DNA from: the human T2T-CHM13v2.0 reference genome, Homo sapiens
Direction: 5' to 3' (one strand)
DNA: 64,000 nucleotides
NCBI RefSeq assembly: GCF_009914755.1
Contig: NC_060931.1
Of this stretch, positions 25,271 to 38,709 are shown one piece after another; the first letter of the stretch is position 1, and each line of letters starts with the position of its first letter. Made by a program: the position numbers and the translations under genes. The notes beneath the pieces were generated by a model that was given only the letters and a program-made list of their open reading frames with translations, made no database searches and was not told the origin of the DNA.

Positions 25271-27552
25271 TGATATGGTTTGGCTGTGTCCCCACACAAC
25301 TTGAATTGTATCTTCCAGAATTCCCATGAGTTGTGGGAGGGACCCGGAGTGGGGTGGGTAGTTGAGTCAGGAGGGCCAGTCTTTCCCGTTGCTATTCTCC
25401 TGATAGTGAATAAGTCTCACGAGATCTAATGGGTTCATCAGGGGCTTCTGCTTTTGCTTCATCCTCATTTTCCCTTGCCGCTGCCATGTAAGAAATACCT
25501 TTTGCTTCCCACCATGATTCTGAGGCCTCACCAGACATATGGAACCGTTAAGTCCAATTAAACCTCTTTTTCTTCCCAGCCTTGGATATGTCTTTATCAG
25601 CAGCATGAAAAGGGACTACTAATACAGTAAATCGGTATCAGTAGAGTGGGGCATTGCTGGAAAAATACCCGAAAATGTAGAAGCAACTTTGGAATTGGGT
25701 AACAGGCAGAGGTTGGAACAGTTTGGAGGGCTCAGAAGATAGGAAAATGTGGGAAAGTTTGGAGCCTCCTAGAGACTTGTTGAATGGCTTTGGCAAAAAT
25801 GCTGATAGTGATATGAAAAATAAGGTTCAGGCTGAGTTGGTCTCAGATAGAGATAAGGAACTTGTTGGGAACTGGAGCAAAGGTGACTCTTGTTATGTTT
25901 TAGCAAAGGGACTGGCGGCATTTTGCCCCTGCCCTAGATATCTGTGGAGCTTTCAACTTGAGAGAGATGATTTAGGGTATCTGGCAGAAGAAATTTCTAA
26001 GCAGCAAAGCGTTCAAAAGGTGACTTGGATGTTATTAAAAGCATTCCATTTTAAAAGGGAAACTGAGCATAAAAATGCAGAAAATGTGTAGCCTGATGAT
26101 CAAATAGAAAAGAAAAGCCCATTTTCTGAGAAGAAATTCAAGCTGGCTGCAGAAATTTGCAAAACTAGCACAAGCCTAGTGTTAATCTGCAAGATCCTCG
26201 GGAAAACGTCTTCAGGCCATGTCAGAGACCTTCACAGTAGTTCCTCCCATCACAGACCCAAAGGCCTGGGAGGAAAAAGTAGTTTTGTGGACTGGGCCCA
26301 GGGTCCCCATGCTGTGTGCAGCCTAGGGACTTGGTGCCTTGTGTCTCAGCCTCTCCAGCCATGGCTGAAAGGGGCCAAAGTAGATCTCGGGCTGTGGCTT
26401 CAGAGGGTGGAAGCCCCAAGCGTTGGCAGCTTCCATGTGGTGCTGAGCCTGTGGGTGCTCAGAAGTCAAGAATTGAGGTTTGGGAACCTCCGCCTAGATT
26501 TCAGAAGATGTATGGAAATGCCTGGATGCTCAGGCAACAGTTCGCTGCAGGGGTGGGGCCCTCGTGGAGAACCTCTGCTAGGGCAGGGCGGAAGGAAAAT
26601 GTTGGGTCAGAGCCCCCACAGAGTCCCTACTGGGGCATGGCCTAGTGGAGCTGTGAGAAGAGGGCTGCCATCCTCCAGTCCCCAGAATGGCAGGTCCACT
26701 GACAGCCTGCACCATGCACCTGGAAAAGCTGCAGACATTCAGTGCCAGCCTGTGAAAGCAGCTGGGAGGGAGGCTGTACCCTGCAAACCCACAGGGGTGG
26801 AGCTGCCCAAGACCACGGGAACCCACCTCTTGCATCACCATGTCCTGGATGTGAGAACTGGAGTCAAAGGAGATAATTTTGGAGCTTTAAAATTGACTGC
26901 CCCGCTGGATTTCAAACTCTCATAGGGGTTATAACCCCTTTGTTTTGACCAGTTTCTCCCATTTGGAACAGCTATATTTACCCAATACCTGTACCCCCAT
27001 TGTATCTAGGAAGTAACTAGCTTGCTTTTGATTTTACAGACTCATAGGTGGGAGGGACTTGCCTTGTCTCAGATGAGACTTTGGATTGTGGACTTTAGGA
27101 TTAATGCTGAAATGAGTTAAGACTTTGGGGGACTGTTGGAAAGGCATGATTGGTTTTGAAATGTAAGCACATGAGATTTGGAGGGGCCAGGATTGGAATG
27201 ATATGGTTTGGCTGTGTCCCCACCCAAATCTCAACTTGAATTGTATCTCCAAGAATTCCCACATGTTGTAGGAGGGACGCAGGGAGAGGTAATTGAATCA
27301 TGGGGGCTGGTCTTTCCTGTGCTGTTCTCGTGATAGTGAATAAGTCTCATTAGATCCGATGGGTTTATCAGGGGCTTCTGTTTTTGCTTTTTCCTAATTT
27401 TCTCTTGCCACCATCATGTAAGAAGTACCTTTCACCTCCCACCATGATTCTGAGGCCTCCCCAGTCATGTGGAACTGTAAGTCCAATTAAACCTCTTTTT
27501 ATTCCCAGTCTTGGGTATGTCTTTATTAGCAGCATGAAAATGGACAAATACA
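25271..27552 (+). mobile_element. Full-length THE1A MaLR element: 5'LTR 25271-25626, internal 25627-27198, 3'LTR 27199-27552
   Basis: Both LTRs start tgatatggtttggctgtgtcccc and end aataca. THE1A-type gaattgtatct..cagaattccca and gggtttatcagggg. PPT-like gaggggccagg before the 3'LTR. TSD ggta[a/t]. Confidence 0.93.
25723..26925 (+). pseudogene. Decayed THE1-int (MaLR) ORF fragments, 122 aa and 248 aa
   Basis: MEGSEDRKMWESLEPPRDLLNGF...GNWSKGDSCYVLAK...GYLAEEISKQQS is the typical MaLR internal ORF. It is broken by a stop and frameshift. Confidence 0.75.
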
Positions 27553-27859
27553 GGTATATACCCAGTGACTCAGTTCTATTACTGAGTTTGCACCTACCTA
27601 ACCTAACCTCATGCTTTTGGCTTTCTCATTCTGATAGTAACTGTTCCAAATAAATAATAAACAAACAATAAACGAATAGCTATGGTCCGCTATTTGGGAA
27701 GGTTATTATATTATTTTACATAATATAATTTTTGCTCATCTTCTGGACTTGCTCAAATAAATGTCTGCTCTTTTGGGAGATGCTCCACAGCCACATGAAG
27801 TTTGTTTATATGCTTTATGAGTCCTCATTTGCTCTGGAGCCATTTTTATGTATAGTTCT

Positions 27860-27990
27860 CCTGGCACTGTACAGTAATTATGTGCTTTTCTATTTTCTCC
27901 ATTAGGTCAAAACAATTTAAGGTAAAGAAATGTTTCTTATTCATCTAGCACATAATAAATAGTAAATAAATATTTGTTAAGAATGAATAA
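27860..27990 (+). mobile_element. L2 3'-end fragment
   Basis: tttaaggtaaagaaatgtttcttattcatctagcacataataaatagtaaataaatatttgttaagaatgaat. Confidence 0.5.
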
Positions 27991-29059
27991 TCCAATTAAA
28001 AGATAATATTTATTACATTTTTGTAAATTCAGTGTATTCTTCATTGCAGATATCATGTCTTCAGTAAAATGATGCTAAATTTATGTATTTGTTTGGCTTT
28101 TTATTTTGAAATAATGTAATTTCTCTCTAATACCTCCTAGTAGTGTATCTGGACACTTTTACTGGGATAAGCACTTACAACAACTATAGGAACACTACTG
28201 ATCAAATATGACTAACTGTCTCTACTTATTCATTTTCTCTCTCTGTCAAGGTACTCACCAAAATTATGGTCAACTTTTTTTTCAATTTTTTGAAAAAAAA
28301 AATCTATGCGCAGTTTCAGAGGTTGCACAGCTTTACAAAGAGTCTTACCAAAAAGCAGTTCTTTCTGCTCAGCCCTCTTTCATCCTCCTGCAAACAGCCA
28401 CTTTGAGCTCCTCACTATTTCTTTATTATCATTCCTATCATTCAATCAGATACTAAGACTCCTTTTTTTTATTTTTCAATTTCAAGCATTATGCATTGAC
28501 TTCCTAAAAAGGAAGATGAAAATTTAGATTATTTTCATAACTTTCCCACACCCACTACACACTTGCACCCACTGCAAACATTCATCCAATGCGTACATCC
28601 TCCAAAAATAGTTATAGTGTAATTTTGCCTGAATTCAGTATTGAGCATTTTTAGTATTATGATAATAAATGCTTTTCTTTGCATAAATTGTTATTTCTTT
28701 CAATTATTTTCTATCTCTGTTTTTATTGTTGGGTCTAAATTTTATGTTAGTTAATTTTCTAAAACGTTTAGTGAACTTTGGCTGCTAACTCATAATTGAT
28801 ACTTGGGCATTAGAATGCTGATTGGAAGTTTTGTGTGCTTGGGCAGATTTGTCAAATATGGCTTTATTTTAGACCGAAATGACTATGTTCTTTTTTGGAA
28901 TACCATCAGTATCAATATTTATAAATGTTTTCTTTTAGATGTCCTGGAGAATAATTGTCATATTTCTTGCTTAGAGGTTGTAAGCCTAATTTCCAAGATT
29001 CTAGGAGCCAATAGGTGACCAGATTTGGGAGATTAATGACCAGGGAAAAGCAAATTATA

Positions 29060-29555
29060 AGTACAATGTGATATCATAATATTTATCAGACAATAAATAG
29101 CATATGTTGGTGAAGATGAGAAGCAACTGAAATTTCCACACAATGCTGATTGAAGTACAAATTGGTACAACCACATTAGAGAATGGCTTTGCAAAATCTA
29201 CTAAGGCTAAACATATCCATACCTTATGATTCAGCATTCCCACTTCTTAATATATACCCAACAATTGTATACATATTCCTATAGATTTCATCTTAGATTA
29301 AATAATGAAAGAAACTTACAAACATGTTTAGCAAAAGAACCTAGAACAAGAAATATTATATACTGTATAATTCTGCTTAGATAATGTGGAAAAACAGGCA
29401 AAACTAATCTATGTTGTTAGAAATCAAGATACTGGCTAATTTCAGAGGGGAATAGGAACCGGATGACAGCACAAAGTGGTGCTTCTGGAGAGCTGGTGAT
29501 GCTCTAATCTTGTGTGTTTGTTTTTCAGTACTTTTTACATGGATGTATTCAGTGA
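29060..29555 (+). mobile_element. L1ME-like 3' fragment
   Basis: tgttggtgaagatgag...tacaaattggtacaaccac...aaacaggcaaaactaatctatgttgttagaaatcaagata. Confidence 0.7.
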
Positions 29556-29668
29556 CAAAAAGAAGTTCTCACACTGGTAGGCGAAAACTGATTCTTTTTT
29601 ATTTGTGGTAATAAGTAGTCATCAGAACCAGTTTTTAAACTTGTTCCATTGATCAAAAACTCACATCA

Positions 29669-31026
<1,358 letters not shown>

Positions 31027-31457
31027 AAAAACTCACTTCAGTGAATGTGCTTGTAAAATCAATGACAGTCCTTTACTTCTGAAAGTTAGTCTGTCAGGAA
31101 TAGATTGTCTGCACTAAACCACACCTCTGAGTGACAGCTAATCAACCAAAAATCACAACCGGCTGAATACTACAGCTGATGTTAACCTCTACAAAATGAC
31201 TTAACCTCTACAAGGATATCAATACCTGACCTCCACACTTTCCCAAAAGCTTTCTATTAAGACCACCAGTCTGCTCTGCTCAGAGACACTGACTGACTAA
31301 TATAATTCTCCTTCACAAAAATAAGCAATACATTCCATTCTTTTTTAAACTCTGTATTGATTTGTGGTCTTATCCTTTAATTCCAGACTGTGAAAATTTA
31401 TCTTGCTGCCTACTTATGATAGTGCCAGGTTTTTATGGATATCAATTACAATGCAAT

Positions 31458-31537
31458 TTTTTTTTTTTTTGAGACGGAATCTCGCTCTGTCCCCAGGCTG
31501 GAGTGCAATGGCGTGATCTAGGCTCACTGCAAGCTCC
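31458..31537 (-). mobile_element. Severely 5'-truncated AluY (~80 bp including tail)
   Basis: Poly-T followed by gagacggaatctcgctctgt...cactgcaagctcc (AluY diagnostic). Perfect TSD tacaatgcaat at 31447-31457 and 31538-31548. Confidence 0.9.
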
Positions 31538-31569
31538 TACAATGCAATGTTTTTTAAAATTCAGGGGGA

Positions 31570-31840
31570 TATCTAGTTTTGACCGATTTGCATGAGTGGG
31601 ACCAAATTTACCCTATTGCCTTAAAAAAACAAAAAGCAGACAAAATATATAAATCAATGGGCTTCAAGACATTGGACATTAGTCAATGAAGGGCACAGAG
31701 TTCTGAGAAAATGTCAACAATCTGATTCCTAGGTTTGCCCCAGTGTACCACCTTGAGAGAATTTCCAGGTGATGGCAAAGGCAGGAGGAACCCGAGTGGA
31801 GCCTGATGGATTCCCTGGGTTGAAGAAACAGAGCTAAGCA
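31570..31840 (+). mobile_element. Ancient L1M (MC/MD-type) 5'UTR fragment
   Basis: aaatttaccc...gacaaaatatataaatcaatgggcttcaagacattggacat...ccttgagagaatttccagg...ggaggaacccgagtggagcc. Confidence 0.6.
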
Positions 31841-31979
31841 TCTAATTTTTAAAAAGCACTCAGAAAATTCTGATGTATGTAATCTGTAAACAACTATTTG
31901 AGGTGAGAAACTGTTGTATAAACAGTAATATTGTATTTAGCCTTTTCCTAGTAACTTGTTGATTGATTACATTTTGTTC

Positions 31980-32090
31980 TTTTTGGCAAGTCACTTCAAT
32001 TTCTCTTCCGTAAAAATGAGAATAATAATAGCAACTACCTCATGGAGTTGCTTGAATAGGTGAATTAGTAGATCTAAAAGTCATAGATTA
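31980..32090 (+). mobile_element. MIR fragment
   Basis: ttggcaagtcacttc...gtaaaaatgagaataataatagcaactacctcatggagttg. Confidence 0.65.
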
Positions 32091-34319
32091 ATTCAGTGTA
32101 TATGAATAGAAACCAGAGTTAGTCATGACACATTTGCTTGCTGTCTAGGCTCTTCACAACGTACTGTGAGAAGCTTCAAGATTATATGATGGACATCAGG
32201 TAATTCAGATGTCTAAGTACAATATTTCTACTTCAATGATGATATGGCTGAGTAAATTACTAAATTTCTTTGGTAAAAAATGAGATTATCTATGATTTAC
32301 TTTCAAAATTCTTCATGGAAATAATATAAATAATGATGTGCTAAGTGTAAATCTTTTCTGACATGACATCTAAAATAATATTTGTTTAGTCATTTTTTCC
32401 TTGGAGTGTCACATACCCTCAATATTCTGGTCATATTTAAAAGACAAATTACTAGTCATTACTAGTCATTGTGTTTTTAAAAAGGTTGTTTTTTTTTAAA
32501 AAAAAAATGACAATGCATGTGAGTTCCTTTTCTGCTGTTTTTTGTTTTTTTTTTTTTGTTTTTTTTTTTACAGTGACAAAAGGATTGAACAAAATGTTGT
32601 GAGAATAACTGAGCTATGTTATACAACCATATTGACATATGCTTCCATCTAGAAACCTTGGAATCTTTTGAAATTTCTTCTGAAAGCTTGGCTGTACAGA
32701 ATGGATTAGTTGGCAGAGAAAAGCCACATGTTGTACTTGCATCTAAGTGAATTACAAAATTACAAAGGTTTGTTAGGTACTCTAATACAATTTCAAACAG
32801 TACAAGGAAATTAATGCTTTAGACATGAAGTGTTTACTGTAAGATTTTTTGGGAACCATGGCAATGTATGTATTATTTGAAAGAGCAGAACCAAACGTGA
32901 TAAATAGCCTGTAATGTTCACTTCTTCCCAGGAGATAGCCAGATGGCTGTGTAATGCTTTAATCTGGCACAACTACCACTTATCAATTGTTTAGACTTTC
33001 GATTTTGAGCTGGATATTAATCCCTTGTGTCAACATTCTCTTTTATGGTTATACTCATATATAATCTTCAACTCTACTTATGTGTAAAGTTTAAAGATCC
33101 TCTAGAAATTACTTCTGTCAATGCAAGGAATTTCTAAGAGTATAGTACAACAATTATAGGAACAATTACAAATATGTATTATATTTTTATAGATAGTATC
33201 ATATTGCCAATTAATACATTTTAAATATGGATTTTTGTTTGCTGGATCCATTTTTAATGCTAAAGTATAACCCATTGTAATTGTGCTTTGCTGATTTAGT
33301 GAACTCAATTACTGAAAAAAATCCTCAAGACCAGATATAATCCCAGAAGTACTCATCTAAAGACATAGTAATCTATTTAAAGAAAATCCTGGTTTATTGG
33401 TTCAGTACAGATACTTGCTTCTTTAAATTCATTTGTATTTTGGAGTCTCAGAGGGAAACAGAATAAAGTCATTGACAGTAGGCATGGTTACAGAGGCAAA
33501 GTCACAGATATAAGAAGAGTGGGGAATTGTTTTATTCATATTAATTAGACACTTCCCCCTGTGAAAGTAGATATATTTATTGTAACTTTTTTTCCACTTA
33601 TCTCTTTTTCTAACCATAGAGCTGGTTTCTGCCTCAGCCACTCTAATGAAATTTTTGTCTCACAGTTATGGAGGGATGGCCTCCCTATTGCAAAATTAAA
33701 TATATTCTGTTTTTAATCTTTTTCAGTATTTTCTATGCCGTATGAATTCCACTTCTCTGGAATGTGTCTCCTTTGGAATGCAAGACTTTCCACTACCTTA
33801 ACAAATACTATTTTGTTAATTATTCTGATCTCATTAAAAAGTCTTTGTTGCTTTCTAGATCCTTTTTTCTATGTACATGTCTCATGTAATTCTGTCTCAG
33901 AAGTTCCTTAATTCTAACAGTGCCTAATAAAGTGAAGCCTGATGTGGCACCCCAATTCTCTTCCTCATATTTCAAATACTATACATTCAAATCCAATCCT
34001 ATTTCCTACTATTAAAATAGTTTCCCTTTAATTTTCCTATGACTTTCATCACATATCTTTGAACGTAGATACTTGAATTCATCTTTCCCATTTTCCCTAA
34101 TATTTATTCAATCACAAAGTATTGGCCAGTTTTACATAAAATATGCTTTATATCCATTTTACTCTTTTTAGTTTCAATGGGATGATCTGAATCTGGATCA
34201 TTTCCTAGAATCTAAAATGCTAAGCATCTTTCTAGCTAGATTCCTAATCTGAGTCTTCCTTATAACCAGTATTTATTCAGAAAATAATTCTCTATTAATA
34301 TTTTTACATTTCTACACAG

Positions 34320-35185
34320 TCTGGGCTTTCTGAACAGATTGCTGACAACCTGGGTTAAAGGATGACTGAATTGTAAACTGCCTCGGAATTTAAAGATAAT
34401 GAACGGCTCTGGAAAAATTTGAAGACATCTCCTGCTATCATGTGATTGTTCCACCCCTTCCCCCAAATTCATATGTTGAAACCTACTCCCTAATGCAATA
34501 GTATTAAGAGGTGGGTTGTTTAGGAGGTAATTAGGTCATGAATATGGAGATCTCATGAATGAGATTAGTGACCTTATAAAAGAGGACCAAAGGACCTTGC
34601 TTGTTCTTTCCACAGTGTGAGGACACAACGAGAAGGTGGCATCTGTGAAAGAGAGAGCAAGCCCACACCAGACACCAAATCTGCTGGTGCCTTGATCTTG
34701 GACTTCCAGGCTCTAGAACTATAATCAATTTCTGTTGTTGATAAATTTCCCAGTCTAAAGTATTTTGTTACAGTAGCCTGAACAAACTAAGATATCTCCC
34801 AAAGCCATTTGTTTACATTGTAAAGGTAATATAACCCAGACATACTTTCCCCCGACCCCTGCCAAAGACAGTTACTTTCTTCCAGGCAGTGCCCTCTTCC
34901 TTCCTGGAAAGGATTTACTTGTTTACATTATGGAGTAAAAGCCAATCTCTCTTTCTCTCTCTTGCTCTCTGAAGGGAAGAAAGTATGACATGTCAGCCTT
35001 ATTATAGAAGCTCCAAGTCTCAGAATTTTGGGGTTTCTTCCTTGTGATGCAAACCATGCCGTATGCACAAATGTCATCATGTCCTCATTGTGCAAAACTT
35101 GGGGAAATTGACTGAAGCCCTGCTAAGATGCTCTGTAAGGAAATGGTCTGTTTTCTGATCCATAGATTTCATGTTTCCTATTAGG
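34320..35185 (+). mobile_element. MER74/MER54-group ERVL LTR, interrupted by MLT1A0
   Basis: tgtttacatt repeats; aagctccaagtctcagaattttggggtttcttccttgtgatgcaaacc; ttctgatccatagatttcatgtttc resemble this LTR group. Family assignment tentative. Confidence 0.45.
34433..34794 (+). mobile_element. MLT1A0-like MaLR solo LTR
   Basis: tgctat...ccccaaattcatatgttgaaacc...accagacaccaaatctgctggtgccttgatcttggacttcc...actaagata. TSD tctcc at 34428-34432 and 34795-34799. Confidence 0.88.
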
Positions 35186-35414
35186 ACAAATTAACTAATT
35201 AAACAAACACAAAAGCAAATTTAAAATTTTGAACAATCTAACCAAATAAATATTATTTAAACAGTAATTTTATCCAATTACTTCTTTGCACCAAATATCT
35301 AGGGGATATTAATATAGTTTTTTGTTTGTTTATTTTTTACTACTGGGCTTTTAAAGTCCTTATTGTTTCCTAACATGATTTCATCCTCTAGTTAGTCTTC
35401 TCTGTTTCATAAAC

Positions 35415-35556
35415 AGCTGGGCATGGTGGCACATGCCTGCAATCCCAGCAATTAGGGAGGCAGAGGCAGGATGATTGCTTGAGCCTGGAAGTTTGAGACC
35501 AGCCTGGGCAACACAGTGAGACCCCATTTCCACAAAAATAAAAAAAAATAAAATAA
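35415..35556 (+). mobile_element. FLAM_C-like Alu monomer
   Basis: Single left monomer with A tail. Degenerate TSD ctgtttca[t/c]aaa at 35402-35413 and 35566-35577. Confidence 0.85.
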
Positions 35557-36039
35557 GTTTAAATGCTGTTTCACAAATAAAGCACATTTATTACTACTTC
35601 TTGAGAAAGTGAAATGTTTTCCTTACTAAGTGGTATTATTACAATACCACTTATTAATAGTTTATGGTAAAAGGTAAAATTTGATCCATAATTCATATCA
35701 TAGGCCAGGATAGATAGATTAGAGAATTAACTATAAATAATGAAACCATAAAAATATGAAAATATGAATGACTTGCCCAACTATGACATAACACTCAAAA
35801 GCATAAAATTAAAAAAAGAAAAAATCATGGCAAAGACATCATATGCAAAGTAAAAAGAAAAATGAAAATCTGTATTAAAAATGTTGATATTTATATAAAC
35901 AAAGGTTTAATAACCCTAATGTACAGAGAGCTTCTGAAAATAAAAAAGGCAAATGTACAAACTTATAGCAGAAAAATCACAAAAACAAAATGCTGACAGA
36001 AAAAAATATTCAAATGCCATATGAAACGATGTTGGGTTT

Positions 36040-36960
36040 CCATCTTTTCTGATGAAAGGTCTATCATCCTTCATAGTGTTGTTCCTCTGTATTTAGGGTC
36101 TTTTTTTCCTTGTGGTTGCTCTCAAGATTCTCTCTTTTTCTTTCCTTTTTAGCAGTTAAACTATATGTAAGTAAGAATAGTTCTTCTTACTTACTATGTT
36201 TGTAACAGTTTGCTGAACTTCTCTGATCTATAAATCAGGATTTTTTTAGTTCAAACTTGGGAAGTTTTCACCTTTTACTTTTTAAATCATTTTTTTCTTT
36301 TTCTGCCCCAATCAATAGTTTTCTCTGCCAGTGACTTCAATTACCTGTATGTTAGAAACTTCTGATATTGTTTCACAGATCCCTGAAGCTCCATTTTTCT
36401 TTAATATTTTCAGATTGAATAGTTTCTAGTGCTTTGAGTTTACATTTACTAATTTTTTTATTCGCAATCATCTGTTAAGCTCATTCAGTGAAAATTCCAT
36501 TTCATTTTATTACTTATTTCTAAAATTTTTAATTTATTTTATAGATTCCATTTCTCTTCTGAAATTTCCTACATTAAGGAATTAATAATTAATATATTTT
36601 AATTAATAATTTGAGCACATTTTTCTTTAAATATTTCAATATATTTGTAATAGCCACTTTGAAATATTTGGGTGCTAAGTTAAACATCTGTGCCATCTTG
36701 GATTTGGTTTTAACTGATTGTTATTCAGTCCCTTTATATATTTATTGATTCTTTATTGAAAACCTTGGATATTTGGATTATACAATGTAAAAACTCTGAT
36801 TCAATATTAGCAGAAATTTTACTTAAAATGGATCACCTTGTACTTGCAAAGACTTGGTTTTATGACCTTGTGAAACTGAATTTGTGAAAAGGCCAAGGTC
36901 TTTCCCAAGTCCCTCTAACTTAGTGGAACTCAGCTTTCAAATTATGTCTGTCTTGTTAAT
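36040..36960 (-). mobile_element. Ancient L1M ORF1/5' fragment
   Basis: gttgctctcaagattctctct; gtttgctgaacttct; ttcaaacttgggaagttttca; ttcagattgaatagtttcta; catctgttaagctcattcagtgaa. Confidence 0.55.
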
Positions 36961-37794
36961 CTTATTAAGCCTTTTTAAAGGCTTCATTTTGGTGGGTCTA
37001 AAGTAGGCACAGGCCTTTGGTTCTTATGGTTTCGAAACAAACCCATTGAAACCTAATGAGTCCAATCATGAGCACAATTCTCTCACAGTGCACGTGCTAT
37101 TCTTTACCTTCTTTCCTTCTCTGGTTTAGCACTTTCTTGTCATTGCTTGCTTCCCATTATATTCTTTATTTTCTTCCTGCTCACTTAATTTTTTAAAGAT
37201 CCTTTTAATATTTTACCTGGCATTTATGTATGTTCTGTACCAGAAACTTATTCCAAACATCTAGTCTGTTCTATTTTCAGAGAAGAAATTCTTATAATAC
37301 AGTCTTTCTGTTTCTGAAAAATGGTGTTTCTTGCAATTGGGAAGAACCTTATGCAGATACAGAGCTTTAACAGAATAGTGGATATTCAGAAGAGAGAATT
37401 GGAATACATAAGTGAAACTGGAATTCAGTATTCTTGAGCTAAGTAAATTAGCAGATGGAAATAAAACAAAACAGAATCAACTGTATGAAAGTAGAGAAGG
37501 AGCTGGAGTCAGGCTCAAGTATACTCTGATAAGAATATGTACCCAAAAGAACTAGAAATGGTACGAAAACAGATCAAAAAGAGAAGGAGCCAAGACCCTG
37601 TGAATCATTGTGACCAATTTGTCTGCTAATTATTTGTAATACATATCTTATATTAAACTACAAAGCCAATCTGAAGTTTCCTTTATTTTACTCCCTTTTT
37701 GCAGTTTCTTGAATTATCCTTTCAGCAGTTACTCTCTTTTCAGACAGCTTATATATATTTTCTATACATACCTATGATTTAGAAATAGCTGTAA

Positions 37795-37945
37795 CTTTTT
37801 ACTGATCTGAGGAAAGTTATTTAAACTCTTTGAACTTTGTTTTCCTTACCTATAAAATAGGAATAATAACTTTCTTAAAGGACAATTTAGGAGATTAATA
37901 AGAATTATTATCAATAAGAATAAATTAATAAGAAGCATGTAAAAA
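37795..37945 (+). mobile_element. MIR fragment
   Basis: gaaagttatttaaactctttgaactttgttttccttacctataaaataggaataataac. Confidence 0.6.
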
Positions 37946-38254
37946 TTACCACAGCCAATTATTTCTTTTGCAAATATTCTGCAAAAATAATAGATACCTC
38001 TATTATTATTTCCTTAGTAAAATTAAATTTAATTACATAGTATCTTCTTCTAAATAGCATATCCTGACTTGGAGAAAAACAGTAGACAAAATGGAACATT
38101 TAAAACAATTGTAACTCCTTAGCATTCCTTCCCGTTGCCTCTAGATTTGTGTTTAAAATTCTCTTTAATTTACAGTTTTAAGCTTAGATTATTTTTAGGT
38201 AACTGATTACCTACCATGGTTGAATCAAATGATTCTAGACCCAGGGAGATAGAA

Positions 38255-38402
38255 ATCATGTAGTCCTGCACGTCTATTTTATAATGAAACTGATACAGAG
38301 AAAGAGGTTATGACTTGCTGAGTGGTTCCTACTTAAGGTGAAATACGCAAAACTAGGACCATTTCTCCTGACTCCTTTTTCAATGCGTTTTCCACTCCAT
38401 AG
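38255..38402 (-). mobile_element. MIR/MIR3 fragment
   Basis: attttataatgaaactgatacagagaaagaggttatgacttgc...tctcctgactcc...ttttccactcca. Confidence 0.5.
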
Positions 38403-38709
38403 GGCAGTTTCTACTTACTGAATCCTAGCATTCGTCCCGTGCAATGTGTTTCAATGTTAGAAGGTTCTATCTGTGATGGTAAGAGGTCCTAAAAATTACT
38501 GAGGGTTTTGAAGATTTTGGTGTAAATTGCTACCACTTCTATAAATATTCTCAGTGGGGTTTTTTTTGAGTGGTGAAAGAACAGCCAGCAAACTATCTTT
38601 GAGACCTGTTTAAATACTAAGAGGTGACAAGACAACAACAATGGCTTGTACACAAACTTTACCATTGTATTCTTTAACAGTAATAGCTTACGTTCTTAGA
38701 CTATGAGGG

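Larger units (their letters stand above)
24760..27565 (-). mobile_element. 5'-truncated L1PA (L1PA13-like) 3' end, split by THE1A
   Basis: Antisense 3'UTR/ORF2 end at 24760-25270 (ORF 24974-25228, FIAALFTIAKMWNQPK) resumes at 27553-27565 (ggtatatacccag). 12-bp TSD tgactc[t/a]gttct at 24748-24759 and 27566-27577. Confidence 0.88.

Noticed and set aside
28349-28392. Possible 39-nt minus-strand micro-exon (gtttgcag|GAGGATGAAAG...TTG|gtaaga)
   Set aside because: Weak polypyrimidine tract, next to probable old L1/HAL1 debris, and no partner exons found.
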